Shown here piece after piece: positions 18,331 through 27,204 of a stretch of 58,281 bases of DNA. Under the pieces are notes generated by a model. It did no database searches. It saw only the letters and a list, made by a program, of their open reading frames with translations, and was not told the DNA's origin. Location of the stretch: positions 1 through 58,281 of IMG/VR virus record IMGVR_UViG_3300012942_000032; one strand, written 5' to 3'. The DNA is from a virus. Taxonomy: Duplodnaviria > Heunggongvirae > Uroviricota > Caudoviricetes. The translations under genes were made by a program, and so were the position numbers. Every line of letters begins with the position of its first letter. Within the stretch, counting starts at the first letter, position 1.

Positions 18331-19146
18331 TTACCAGTTGAAATGCTTGTTGAGTGGAATTACTTTTACTCTGGAACCTTGCTTAAAGGAGTCTGTTGTC
18401 CAGATTGAATTGTAGTGCTCTAGAACGATATCAACTCCTTTGCTGAAGATGCCGTGAGTTACGAACAGAGTTTTTGAAGCGCAGTGATCGATTGCCTTTG
18501 CAAGCTCGATGAAAGTTCTGCCACCGTCACAAATGTCATCTATCACTAGAACATGATGATTGTTCTTGATTGTAGGAGCTACAATTCCTTTGATTTCGCC
18601 TGTTGCAGGATCACGAACTTTTTCTGCAAAATGCACTTCATTGATTCCAAGTACATCGGCACATTCTTCTGCTCTGAGGACAGCACCCTTATCAGGAGCA
18701 AGTACAACAATGTCCGCCTTTCCGTAATCAGAATATCTTTCGATAGAATCAAGAATTGCAGGATCCATGAAATCTGAAGCATGATATGCACAGATATCAG
18801 AAATATATTTCTTGAGTTCGTATATCGTCACTAGCGAATGTGGATCTACGATCGTAATAGAAGAGAAATTGCCAGTTCCGATGATCTGTGCAAAGACTTC
18901 AAGGCTGAAACTTGTGCCTGGAGCACTTACTCGATCTTGTCGCCCGTAGGGAACATACGGAGAAAGTAGATGAATCTCTGCGGATGGATCTTGATGTCGA
19001 ATTGCATTCGCTTGTAGCAGGACCTTCACAATCTGATCTGAAGTCCCATTTTCAAGCTTCAGATGATATTTTGAAGTATCTTCTTTGAAGTATTCGATTC
19101 CTACTTCACCTGCTGGAAAATTCCAGATCTTGTTATTCTCGTTCAT
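18331..19146 (-). CDS. prs: ribose-phosphate pyrophosphokinase-like (Prs/Adps)
   Basis: FPAGEV, PYVPYGRQDR, VDPHS, APDKGA, IDDICDGGRTF, VTHGIFS. Confidence 0.93.
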   Translation of the reverse strand: MNENNKIWNFPAGEVGIEYFKEDTSKYHLKLENGTSDQIVKVLLQANAIRHQDPSAEIHLLSPYVPYGRQDRVSAPGTSFSLEVFAQIIGTGNFSSITIVDPHSLVTIYELKKYISDICAYHASDFMDPAILDSIERYSDYGKADIVVLAPDKGAVLRAEECADVLGINEVHFAEKVRDPATGEIKGIVAPTIKNNHHVLVIDDICDGGRTFIELAKAIDHCASKTLFVTHGIFSKGVDIVLEHYNSIWTTDSFKQGSRVKVIPLNKHFNW

Positions 19147-19157
19147 GATAAACCTTA

Positions 19158-19697
19158 TTAAGAAAGGACTTCAATCTTCTTTAGAGACCATGTAAGGATG
19201 TATTGATACAGACGGGAATCGATGAAAATCTCACCTGCATTCTTATTCAGAGCACAGGTGTTAATCTCCACCATCCTATCGTACCAATCGTTTCTCTTGC
19301 TTGCGGCAAAATTCATATTGTAGATTGCAACAAAATCACCTACAAGCCACCAGTTCGGCTCTTCATTCTTATCATTGAAATACATCTGATAATCTGAGAG
19401 GAAACCCCATGCAAAGAATGTCTTCTTATTCTTCCAAGCATCATAGATGCCAGCTTTGATTTCAGTAGTCGAAGGTTGATTGGAAATACGTTTCTTCAGA
19501 TGGAGCTTTGCTAGGATCGAATTGTTGCGATCTGAAATATTCTTTTCTCGTTCTTCTAGATATTTGTTGAGGCTTTTCAATGCTCGATTGTTAGCATTCA
19601 ATTCCCAATTATTGATAGCAATATTGGAAACCCTGATGAACTCCATATGGTCTGAAATTTGAATCAATGAAGAGAACTCCTTAGGTTCAGCGCTCAT
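19158..19697 (-). CDS. hypothetical protein
   Basis: ORF in operon. Confidence 0.65.
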   Translation of the reverse strand: MSAEPKEFSSLIQISDHMEFIRVSNIAINNWELNANNRALKSLNKYLEEREKNISDRNNSILAKLHLKKRISNQPSTTEIKAGIYDAWKNKKTFFAWGFLSDYQMYFNDKNEEPNWWLVGDFVAIYNMNFAASKRNDWYDRMVEINTCALNKNAGEIFIDSRLYQYILTWSLKKIEVLS

Positions 19698-20170
19698 TCT
19701 TTGCTCCACTTCTCGATGTAAGAAATCAATTCTGCAGATACATCAAGGTTGCCGTATTTCACAGCAACCAAAAGATCTCTAATTTTCCTGTCCCAAGCCA
19801 GGCCTGTAATCATGCAATGATGAACGGTGTCTGTGAGAAGAAAATCATCTACAGTCCACCAATCAGGAGCATCACCTATTTCTTCGAACCTGGGAATATA
19901 GTATTCGTTGTCGATACTTCTATTCTTATAGATTCCCATGTATAGGTTGACAAAGAAGGAATTCTCGACATCATTAGGAAAAGTATCTTTCCTGAAGATA
20001 CCTAACTTTCTAAAGAGAGAGGAGTTCCTCTTGGCTTGCTTAGCCTTACGATCAGGGATATATTTCAGGATTGCTTTTCTAGCATCCTCTACCCTGGATT
20101 TCTGAAGATTGTCCAGTGCAAGCTTGCACTTCTTCAAAAAGTCGTCTTTGAATTCAGGAGAAATAATCAT
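19694..20170 (-). CDS. hypothetical protein, weakly similar to the downstream ORF
   Basis: P(D/N)WW.V.DF motif shared with 19158-19697. Confidence 0.65.
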   Translation of the reverse strand: MIISPEFKDDFLKKCKLALDNLQKSRVEDARKAILKYIPDRKAKQAKRNSSLFRKLGIFRKDTFPNDVENSFFVNLYMGIYKNRSIDNEYYIPRFEEIGDAPDWWTVDDFLLTDTVHHCMITGLAWDRKIRDLLVAVKYGNLDVSAELISYIEKWSKE

Positions 20171-20343
20171 TTCAGATACGCTTCCACTTCAACGGAAGCG
20201 ATCTTATCGATCAGCGTTTCTCGACTGAAATCTTTAGATCTGATGCCATAATATGTTTCGGCGATCTTCTTGATGGCATCATCGGTTTCCCCTTGAAGAT
20301 CTTCAACGACGTCGTCATAGATATCTTTCACGATCGATCCCAT
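20167..20343 (-). CDS. small hypothetical protein
   Basis: ORF downstream of a promoter. Confidence 0.55.
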   Translation of the reverse strand: MGSIVKDIYDDVVEDLQGETDDAIKKIAETYYGIRSKDFSRETLIDKIASVEVEAYLK

Positions 20344-20392
20344 AGCCTTTGCAGTCCGAGAATTGCTGCTGGGGCTTGCCCCTGCCTTTATT

Positions 20393-20422
20393 ATTATACA
20401 CAAAAACAATACGGTTTGTCAA
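20393..20422 (-). promoter_or_regulatory. sigma70-type early promoter
   Basis: TTGACA-18nt-TATAAT with extended TG. Confidence 0.75.
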
Positions 20423-20438
20423 CAAAACCAAATTGTTG

Positions 20439-20774
20439 TTAAACGTAGAACTTCACTACCACCGCTGCTTTGCGATCAAAACTGCTACGACGCCACGAAC
20501 TGTAATCCGTATAGGTGGTCGGAGCAACGCAGACCGTAGTGTAATACTCGTTTGTCAAGAAACGATATAGAGAAGAAGAAAGCTTCTCAAAATCAATCTC
20601 ATGAAGTTGATGCGCCATAGTATTCTTCAGATGAAATACTGCCCTGACATAGCGACTACCATCATCTGCGGTACGAACACGGTAATCTACATGACCTACA
20701 TCATCTTCTGAATACTTCTCAATGGTCTTCTTGATACGCTTGATTTCTGCATCAAATTCAATACTCATACTCAC
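20439..20774 (-). CDS. hypothetical protein
   Basis: ORF with GAGG RBS. Confidence 0.65.
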   Translation of the reverse strand: MSMSIEFDAEIKRIKKTIEKYSEDDVGHVDYRVRTADDGSRYVRAVFHLKNTMAHQLHEIDFEKLSSSLYRFLTNEYYTTVCVAPTTYTDYSSWRRSSFDRKAAVVVKFYV

Positions 20775-20777
20775 CTC

Positions 20778-21074
20778 TTATTGTGATAACGACAATTCCT
20801 TTCCAAGTTTGTAAATCGTATTCAAAGTTTCAGCTTCACGATTTACAAGGTCAAGATTCACCAGGAACGAAGTCCTAAGATCTTCACCTTCAGGCCAAAA
20901 CATATCTCCATATATGTCACCCGAAATAACAAACGTCTTTCCATCGTTGTACCAATCGACAAGGCACCAATTCTCAATGGTCCCGCCCTTCCTCTTCATC
21001 TCCTTAGGAGTCTTATGGTACTTGTCATAAGTCTCTTGATCGAAGACAAAATCCTCAGGTTTCACAATGCTCAT
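20778..21074 (-). CDS. conserved phage hypothetical protein
   Basis: W...GDIYGD.FWPEGE.LRTS...ETLNTIYKLG pattern. Confidence 0.7.
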   Translation of the reverse strand: MSIVKPEDFVFDQETYDKYHKTPKEMKRKGGTIENWCLVDWYNDGKTFVISGDIYGDMFWPEGEDLRTSFLVNLDLVNREAETLNTIYKLGKELSLSQ

Positions 21075-21268
21075 AATGAATAATTCCAAGTAAGTTTGAA
21101 GTTTTCGACTGTCTTCCTACGTCCGCTATTATACACGACTTTCTCAGGAAGTTGTTCAACTTTAATATCACTGATCTTAAGTTTCATCTTCTTTGACATT
21201 GACTTGATCTTCTTGATACGTTTCAATGTTTCGGTCCACGAACTAAGAGTTACTGATCCTTCTGTCAT
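21071..21268 (-). CDS. basic hypothetical protein
   Basis: ORF overlapping its neighbours. Confidence 0.55.
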   Translation of the reverse strand: MTEGSVTLSSWTETLKRIKKIKSMSKKMKLKISDIKVEQLPEKVVYNSGRRKTVENFKLTWNYSL

Positions 21269-21271
21269 ATA

Positions 21272-21631
21272 TCACCAATCGTATCTGAAGCTGCCGCATC
21301 CCGCTGCAATCACTTCTTCACGCCAAGTATTAAGGACGTCTTCTGAATAGGTACCTCTGTCTACAATACGATCCCACAGATCTTTGTACGATGAAGATTC
21401 CCTTCTCTCCATATAGAATTCGTCGTACAAAGTGCTTCCTGGTTCGAGGATGTCAATAAATCCATCGCCCCAATTGTCCGTAGGAAGATACTCATCTACA
21501 AGTTCAAATGCTTCCCATCGCTCGTTCAAAGGGCGAGTATTATCAGCGATAAACTTACGATATTGATCAATAAGATGATCTCGTAGATTTCCGATCTCAT
21601 TAACCAAACTATTGAAATACTCAATCGTCAT
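21272..21631 (-). CDS. hypothetical protein
   Basis: acidic; ends GCGSFRYDW. Confidence 0.7.
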   Translation of the reverse strand: MTIEYFNSLVNEIGNLRDHLIDQYRKFIADNTRPLNERWEAFELVDEYLPTDNWGDGFIDILEPGSTLYDEFYMERRESSSYKDLWDRIVDRGTYSEDVLNTWREEVIAAGCGSFRYDW

Positions 21632-22799
21632 TAGAATCTCCAAAATTGGAATTATACACACTTCTCAAATTGTATTCTTTTTCAAATCGATCAGACCACA
21701 TCTTCTTATAATCTAAATCTTTTCCGCGCATCTTGTTCATCAAAGTTCCGAAACTATATGGCAGAAGATCTTTTGCAACAAATGCCACCTTCGACCAATA
21801 TTCTCTAGAATTATCTTCTTCAATACCCGATTCACGTAGCAACCTACGGCACTCTGATTCTAGTTCATTCCATTGATCTATGATGCACTGAAGCTCTTTC
21901 AAAACCTTGCTTTCAATCTTTTCGATAATCGCAAGATCTAAACCTCGTTCGACTGCTGTGGATTTGATGTCATCGATGGTTTCGTCAATCACCATTTTTG
22001 CAACATCGCGTTCACGGAGATCTAACAAACGGTGTCGTGAAAGATACCATTTAGTCTTCAGTTTCACTCTTTGTCCGTTAGGAAGAATGATAACCCAACC
22101 TTCTAGATCTTCTTGGGTCTCTACCCATTCCTTCAAAAGACTCCATGAAGGATTCGAGTAATATTCACCTATCCAGGAAACGTCGAAGAAGAGTGACCAA
22201 GGATTCTCAAGAATTTCTTCATCAGCATAGACATATGATCCATCGCTGATAGTTCTGATTGCAAGCAAAGTGAATTGAGGCTCTTTGCCATAGTCAATCA
22301 CAATCTTTGAATCAGGTGACGTATATTCAAAGATTGGTGTATAACCTAGTTCAATGCAAATTTTACAAGAGTCGATAAATCCAGGAATCTTTTCTGCATC
22401 TCTCTGAGCTGCAATTGCTACGTCAGAATAGAAAGACTTCTTGGTCTTAAACCTGACTTCCCCATTACACAAGACAGGAGTAAGCATTGAACCATCGCGC
22501 TTCTCTTGGATTCGCACCCGTCCTGAATCAAAAAGCTTCTTGATCAGATGTTCTTGAGTGAATTCATTCTCATTCAGATTGAAGAATTTCTCAAAGGGAC
22601 GAGCAACGATGTCTCCATGTTCATTAAACACAATTCCACGACATTCAAATCCATTCTTGCGCTTCCAGATTTCAGGATCAGAAATCATGTAGGTGCAAAT
22701 AGTGAAATTCGCTCCATTTACTTCTTGAGTCTGAAATCTTACTGCAGAAAGATCGATGAAGGTATCACGAAGTTCATTTTCGTGGAATGCAGTGAACAT
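21621..22799 (-). CDS. rnlA: RNA ligase 1 (T4 Rnl1/gp63-like)
   Basis: ECRGIVF, FEKFFNLNE, EKRDGSM (KxDG), TPIFEYTSP, EGWV, KLKTKWY. Confidence 0.92.
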   Translation of the reverse strand: MFTAFHENELRDTFIDLSAVRFQTQEVNGANFTICTYMISDPEIWKRKNGFECRGIVFNEHGDIVARPFEKFFNLNENEFTQEHLIKKLFDSGRVRIQEKRDGSMLTPVLCNGEVRFKTKKSFYSDVAIAAQRDAEKIPGFIDSCKICIELGYTPIFEYTSPDSKIVIDYGKEPQFTLLAIRTISDGSYVYADEEILENPWSLFFDVSWIGEYYSNPSWSLLKEWVETQEDLEGWVIILPNGQRVKLKTKWYLSRHRLLDLRERDVAKMVIDETIDDIKSTAVERGLDLAIIEKIESKVLKELQCIIDQWNELESECRRLLRESGIEEDNSREYWSKVAFVAKDLLPYSFGTLMNKMRGKDLDYKKMWSDRFEKEYNLRSVYNSNFGDSNDD

Positions 22800-22808
22800 T
22801 TCCTTTCC

Positions 22809-23018
22809 TTAAGCTGAAATGAGTGCAATGATAAGTGCGAACAAGAAAATTACCACGGCGGAAATCAAGAATACTAAGATAGGCATCCAGATGATAGAAG
22901 TAATCACTACCAACCATGACCAACTTAGAGCACCTGCAAGTTTTGCGATGATCAAGACGATGTAGATCACAGGAATGATAGGAAATGAAATTCTCAAGGT
23001 ATTAGAGGCGCTGCTCAT
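22809..23018 (-). CDS. small membrane protein
   Basis: almost wholly hydrophobic; AKLAGALSWSWLVV..PIW. Confidence 0.75.
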   Translation of the reverse strand: MSSASNTLRISFPIIPVIYIVLIIAKLAGALSWSWLVVITSIIWMPILVFLISAVVIFLFALIIALISA

Positions 23019-23199
23019 TCTTTTGTCCTTTGTTTATTGAATACCAGTCTGATTCAGATTTAATCTTGTCTAGATGTTCACCTAAAACAGTTTCTGATCC
23101 GTCTGATAAAGTGTCAATTCTTGTTGAGATTGTATGCCCTTTTCTATGGAAAACTATCATTTGAACATAAGGGCAATAGAACAATGATTCGGCTTTCAT
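23002..23199 (-). CDS. 65-aa protein with a gp23-like LFYCPYV motif
   Basis: MKAESLFYCPYVQMIVF... Confidence 0.65.
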   Translation of the reverse strand: MKAESLFYCPYVQMIVFHRKGHTISTRIDTLSDGSETVLGEHLDKIKSESDWYSINKGQKNEQRL

Positions 23200-23276
23200 G
23201 CTGCGCGTGGTCTATTATTGTTGTCATCGATCATAATGATCAAAATTATTACAACCACAAGGAATAGAAGATTCAT
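23196..23276 (-). CDS. 26-aa membrane peptide
   Basis: GAGGAG RBS; MNLLFLVVVIILIIMIDDNNNRPRAA; stop overlaps the next ATG. Confidence 0.6.
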   Translation of the reverse strand: MNLLFLVVVIILIIMIDDNNNRPRAA

Positions 23277-23300
23277 AGGAACTCCTCATCTTATTTGTAT

Positions 23301-23329
23301 ATTATAGATGAATAAGGAAATTATGTCAA
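23301..23329 (-). promoter_or_regulatory. consensus sigma70 early promoter
   Basis: TTGACA-17nt-TATAAT. Confidence 0.9.
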
Positions 23330-23356
23330 TTGAGTTTATAATGTAGGATCAAAGAA

Positions 23357-23379
23357 AAGCCCTGAATTAACAGGGCTTA
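23357..23379 (-). terminator. rho-independent terminator
   Basis: AAGCCCTG-TTAATT-CAGGGCTT then TTCTTT on the minus strand. Confidence 0.8.
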
Positions 23380-24132
23380 TTCATCTGCATCTATTGGATC
23401 TTGAATAGGAGGAGCACCTGTATCTGGTGTCCAGCTGATCCATAATGTACTTGAATCGAATGAGGCATTGTAACCCGCTGTCACAAGAGAATCAATTACC
23501 TCTGTATAGAGAGAAATCAAAGATTGATTAGGGACTTTCTGGAATAAACCATTTGGTCCTAAGTATCTTATTTGATTTTCACCGTTGATTGCAGATCGTT
23601 TGATCAGAACATCAAGCTGTCTTAGAATCCAATCTTTTGTGAACTGCCTTAGATCTACGCCGTTGGTCTGACATAGATACAGATTATGGGCATAGAAATT
23701 GAAACCAAGATCAGGAATTCTAATGATTTCAGGATTGGGTGTTTCTTCGATATCCTGATATGTCATTCTAGGTGCATACCACTTAATAGTCATCAAACCA
23801 GATGAAGGAATGACTCCTATTGTATCAGGGACAGGAGATAAAACAATTAGATCTCCATTCTCAGCACTTAGATCTTGTGGCGTTCCATCGTAATGCGTTT
23901 GGAAGCCTCTTGATTGATAGATGTTTGTTAAGGTGTATATTTCCTGTGGAATCTTTTCATATTCATCAAAAGATGCAACAGTAACATCTGCCTGAAACAA
24001 ATAATCTTCAGCTTTGTTACGAACGATATTGTCAATATCTTTAACAAGCTGATAGAGGCGGTCACCAGACATTTGACCTGATAAGGTTTCCGCCTCGGAT
24101 GCTGAGATAACTGAAAAATTGTTAATAGGCAT
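23377..24132 (-). CDS. hypothetical protein with two similar modules (late operon)
   Basis: modules ending SRGF...TIKW and TAGY...WISW. Confidence 0.7.
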   Translation of the reverse strand: MPINNFSVISASEAETLSGQMSGDRLYQLVKDIDNIVRNKAEDYLFQADVTVASFDEYEKIPQEIYTLTNIYQSRGFQTHYDGTPQDLSAENGDLIVLSPVPDTIGVIPSSGLMTIKWYAPRMTYQDIEETPNPEIIRIPDLGFNFYAHNLYLCQTNGVDLRQFTKDWILRQLDVLIKRSAINGENQIRYLGPNGLFQKVPNQSLISLYTEVIDSLVTAGYNASFDSSTLWISWTPDTGAPPIQDPIDADE

Positions 24133-24154
24133 CAGTTTTCTCTTTCGTCAGATA

Positions 24155-24928
24155 TTAAGCAGACAGCACACCAGCATCACGTAGAGAATCTAGAAGAGCA
24201 TTCAAAGCCGTAACGGCTGTAGGAAGATCTGCACCTGAATCAATGTCTGCTACTGCAACACCTTGCTTCACTCCACCAATTGCACCTGAAGCCGCCGCTG
24301 GTAGGGTGTAGTTATTTGCGCTCGCTGCTATACCATTCAGTTTTGTCTTATCAGCCGCTGTCATTAGACCATGGACCGATGTGGTGACATCTGGAATTGC
24401 ACTGATCGCATTACCAATTGTAGTCGAAAGAACAAGTGCATTGATTGATGATGCAGTGGTGCTTGATCCTGCGGTTGCATCAGCTTGCGATAGAGCAGGC
24501 AATGCGGCAGGAATAGTAAGAGTTACATTTCCATTACCATCGGGATCATTACCATTCACGCTCTTAACCACACCAGTTACAGGCGGAGCTAGAGTTACGA
24601 CAGCATCATGAATTGCCTTAGGTGTATATGATGATGCAGTAGTGCTGGAACCAGTTACAATGTCAGAACTTGCACCTGCAGGAAGTGCAGCCTGAGCTCC
24701 AAGAGTAGTAAGAGCTGCTGATGCACTCGCCGCAGTAATAAGAGCCTTACCTGTTGCAGTGGCATCAGAAATGGTGTCCGACTCTACTCCTGACAAAATC
24801 CATGTCTTAAGAATACTAACGGCACCGCCCTTTGTGACTCCACTTTGGTTCAGGACTACATTTTCAGTACCTGTAAGCGATGAAAAAGGACTATCTGTTG
24901 CAATTTGATCAATGGTCTTCTGTGCCAT
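24155..24928 (-). CDS. head/tail fibre-like structural protein
   Basis: Ala/Thr-rich; GLMTAADKTKLNGIA..ANNYTLPAA..GAIGGVK; C-terminal LNALLDSLRDAG. Confidence 0.75.
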   Translation of the reverse strand: MAQKTIDQIATDSPFSSLTGTENVVLNQSGVTKGGAVSILKTWILSGVESDTISDATATGKALITAASASAALTTLGAQAALPAGASSDIVTGSSTTASSYTPKAIHDAVVTLAPPVTGVVKSVNGNDPDGNGNVTLTIPAALPALSQADATAGSSTTASSINALVLSTTIGNAISAIPDVTTSVHGLMTAADKTKLNGIAASANNYTLPAAASGAIGGVKQGVAVADIDSGADLPTAVTALNALLDSLRDAGVLSA

Positions 24929-24944
24929 TTCTTTACTCCAAGAA

Positions 24945-25418
24945 TTAGGTATTTGAAATACTTACTTCGATTAAATCTCCAGAAGATGTATTAACATCAT
25001 CCCCTGTATCTGTTGCGATGGTATCTAACATACTTAAGATAATAAAATCACCTAGATTAGTGACAATGTTATCTCCAGTATCAGTAATGATACCATCATC
25101 CGCTGGAGTAGAGCCTCCGAGCATGGCAATGATTACCGAGTAAGAAACCTTATCATTGTAGCATTCAATATCTCTATTTTTGACATCAGCTGGAATAGCT
25201 GCTTTCAAAATGGCGTATGCTTCATGAAAATCACTCAAGGGCAAACCCAGGTTATGAGTTGCCCTTTGAATGGAACCAAATAGATCAAATTTTACAGCAT
25301 CTGAATTCAAAGCACCTACAAATCTTCCTTCGGAATCAACGGCACAGGTTCTCTGACACCATTTAGCTTCCGAACTTATCAATTGTGCTGCTGCTTCTAG
25401 AACTTGAGTTGCTGACAT
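24945..25418 (-). CDS. probable virion-associated protein, two-domain
   Basis: helical N-domain (KWCQ...DLFGSIQRA) plus acidic ITDTGD repeats; late promoter upstream. Confidence 0.6.
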   Translation of the reverse strand: MSATQVLEAAAQLISSEAKWCQRTCAVDSEGRFVGALNSDAVKFDLFGSIQRATHNLGLPLSDFHEAYAILKAAIPADVKNRDIECYNDKVSYSVIIAMLGGSTPADDGIITDTGDNIVTNLGDFIILSMLDTIATDTGDDVNTSSGDLIEVSISNT

Positions 25419-25446
25419 GATAAGGATCTTTTATTAGACCCTTTAT

Positions 25447-25656
25447 TTATTGATCCTCACTCCATCTCTTATCACAAAGACCGCAATGATAATCAATCCA
25501 ATAGCAGTCACATGACGGATCATAATTGCCAGCGTTACTTTTATAGATCTTTTCTAAGACTAGAGAAGGATGGCAACATTGTTCTTGAATGGCAAGACGT
25601 TCTTCTTGAAGTTTCTTAATTTCTGCATCAATTTGCTGGAGTCGGTTCACGTTCAA
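25447..25656 (-). CDS. small Cys-rich hypothetical protein
   Basis: CCHP...NAGNYDP.CD.YW..CGLCDKRW. Confidence 0.65.
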   Translation of the reverse strand: MNVNRLQQIDAEIKKLQEERLAIQEQCCHPSLVLEKIYKSNAGNYDPSCDCYWIDYHCGLCDKRWSEDQ

Positions 25657-26494
25657 GCTCCTTCATCAATTCATCGAATTCTCTCTTTGACATCTTGTCT
25701 CGGAATGAATTGACGATCAGATTGAATGTATTGCTATCTACACAAGCAACCAATTGTTTGACAATGGTTCTATCAAATACACTATAGGATCTAGCGTTGA
25801 GCCAGTAATCTTCAAAAGCTTCACACGCAATTGGAAAGAAAGGCTTCGCTGCATCGTACATCAGCTGAGCAAGATCACGGATTTCCTTCTGAGCATGAGG
25901 ATCCAGACGAAGCTTTGAGAAATGGAAGAAGTTTTTCAGATCAATCTTCCAATAAAGCTCGGTATAGTTAGAAACAGGAAGAACAATTCTCGCAAGCTCT
26001 CGGGTAAAACCAGTTGCAAGAAGATTCTCGTAGGCCTGATAAGTATCTTCTTGCGTTACATCAATTAGCATCTGAATTGAACGTGCAAGATCAGGATCAA
26101 TAGAATCGCCGCTACCTTGCTTGTTGGTTGCACTCTGTTTCTGAATACGATCGATGTCAGGTACATACATTTCATCAGTCATTTCAGAATAGCGACCAGA
26201 ATATTCATTCAAAGATGCAGTCCTGTGACGAACGAGTTGACGCATTACAAAGATAGGAAGTTTCAAATGGAATCGAAGTTCGCCCATTTCAATAGGAGAC
26301 GTATGTTGATGCCTGACAAGATATCTAATTAGGTTTCTACGATCACTAATTGTTCGCGTCCCCTTTCCATAAGACATTCGAGCAGATTCATCAATACTTT
26401 CATCTGATCCCATAACCTCAACTAGACCAACAAAACCATGGTCTAGATAGGTAGCATAACGGGGATCATCATTAACTTCTAATTGCGTTGTCAT
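25628..26494 (-). CDS. thyX: flavin-dependent thymidylate synthase ThyX
   Basis: ARMSY, HTSPIE, QLVRHRTASLNEYSGRY, ELARIVLP, HAQKEIR. Confidence 0.97.
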   Translation of the reverse strand: MTTQLEVNDDPRYATYLDHGFVGLVEVMGSDESIDESARMSYGKGTRTISDRRNLIRYLVRHQHTSPIEMGELRFHLKLPIFVMRQLVRHRTASLNEYSGRYSEMTDEMYVPDIDRIQKQSATNKQGSGDSIDPDLARSIQMLIDVTQEDTYQAYENLLATGFTRELARIVLPVSNYTELYWKIDLKNFFHFSKLRLDPHAQKEIRDLAQLMYDAAKPFFPIACEAFEDYWLNARSYSVFDRTIVKQLVACVDSNTFNLIVNSFRDKMSKREFDELMKELEREPTPAN

Positions 26495-26535
26495 TTAAGT
26501 AAATACTCCAGATATTTTAACTCAGGGGAACTATT

Positions 26536-26769
26536 GTGGAAAATTCAGAAAGCCTTTTAACTGAAATTCTACTCATGGTTCAAAGTTTGAACAGTAATGT
26601 TGAAGAGTTCAAACTCAAACTTCTTAAAGTAGAAAACGATATTTTACAGTTAAAACAGAGCGTGGACAACATTATTCACAATGGATTTGTGAATGCTGAT
26701 GTAAATGCTCATAGAGTTTGGCATGAAGAGCAAAACAAAGGTTGGTTTCGCAAGCTTCTAGGTTGGTAA
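26536..26769 (+). CDS. coiled-coil hypothetical protein
   Basis: GGGGAAC RBS, GTG start, TAAATA late core upstream. Confidence 0.6.
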   Translation: MENSESLLTEILLMVQSLNSNVEEFKLKLLKVENDILQLKQSVDNIIHNGFVNADVNAHRVWHEEQNKGWFRKLLGW

Positions 26770-26775
26770 GAGACA

Positions 26776-27201
26776 ATGGCATTATTGGAAACAGTTGGTA
26801 CGATTGTAGGTGGCGCCACAGCGGTTGCGGTTGCAGCTTATGGCGCCTGGAATAAATTCAAACAGAATCAGAGTAATTCTGAGGTTGGTGCTGTCATGAA
26901 TGGAGCTACAATTGATATCGTAGGCACGCTCACAAAACAAAGAGATGATGCCTTAAATCAAGCAGATAAAGCTGAAGCCAAGGCGGACAAGGCAGAAGTT
27001 GATCTGGATAGTGCTCAAGATCAAATCAGATCACTAACGTCTCAGATTGCAAATCTAAACAGCCAGGTCTCATTACTGAAACAGTTAGTCGAAAGACTTT
27101 CTGCGGCTCTAGATTTGACAAAGAATCAATTGAATCAAATCATCGAAAACACAAAAACAGGAGCCGATTCTACTCAGGCTCCTGTTTCTGGGAAAACTTA
27201 A
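26776..27201 (+). CDS. membrane-anchored coiled-coil protein (possible lysis protein)
   Basis: N-terminal TM VGTIVGGATAVAVAAYGAW followed by heptad repeats. Confidence 0.6.
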   Translation: MALLETVGTIVGGATAVAVAAYGAWNKFKQNQSNSEVGAVMNGATIDIVGTLTKQRDDALNQADKAEAKADKAEVDLDSAQDQIRSLTSQIANLNSQVSLLKQLVERLSAALDLTKNQLNQIIENTKTGADSTQAPVSGKT

Positions 27202-27204
27202 ATC

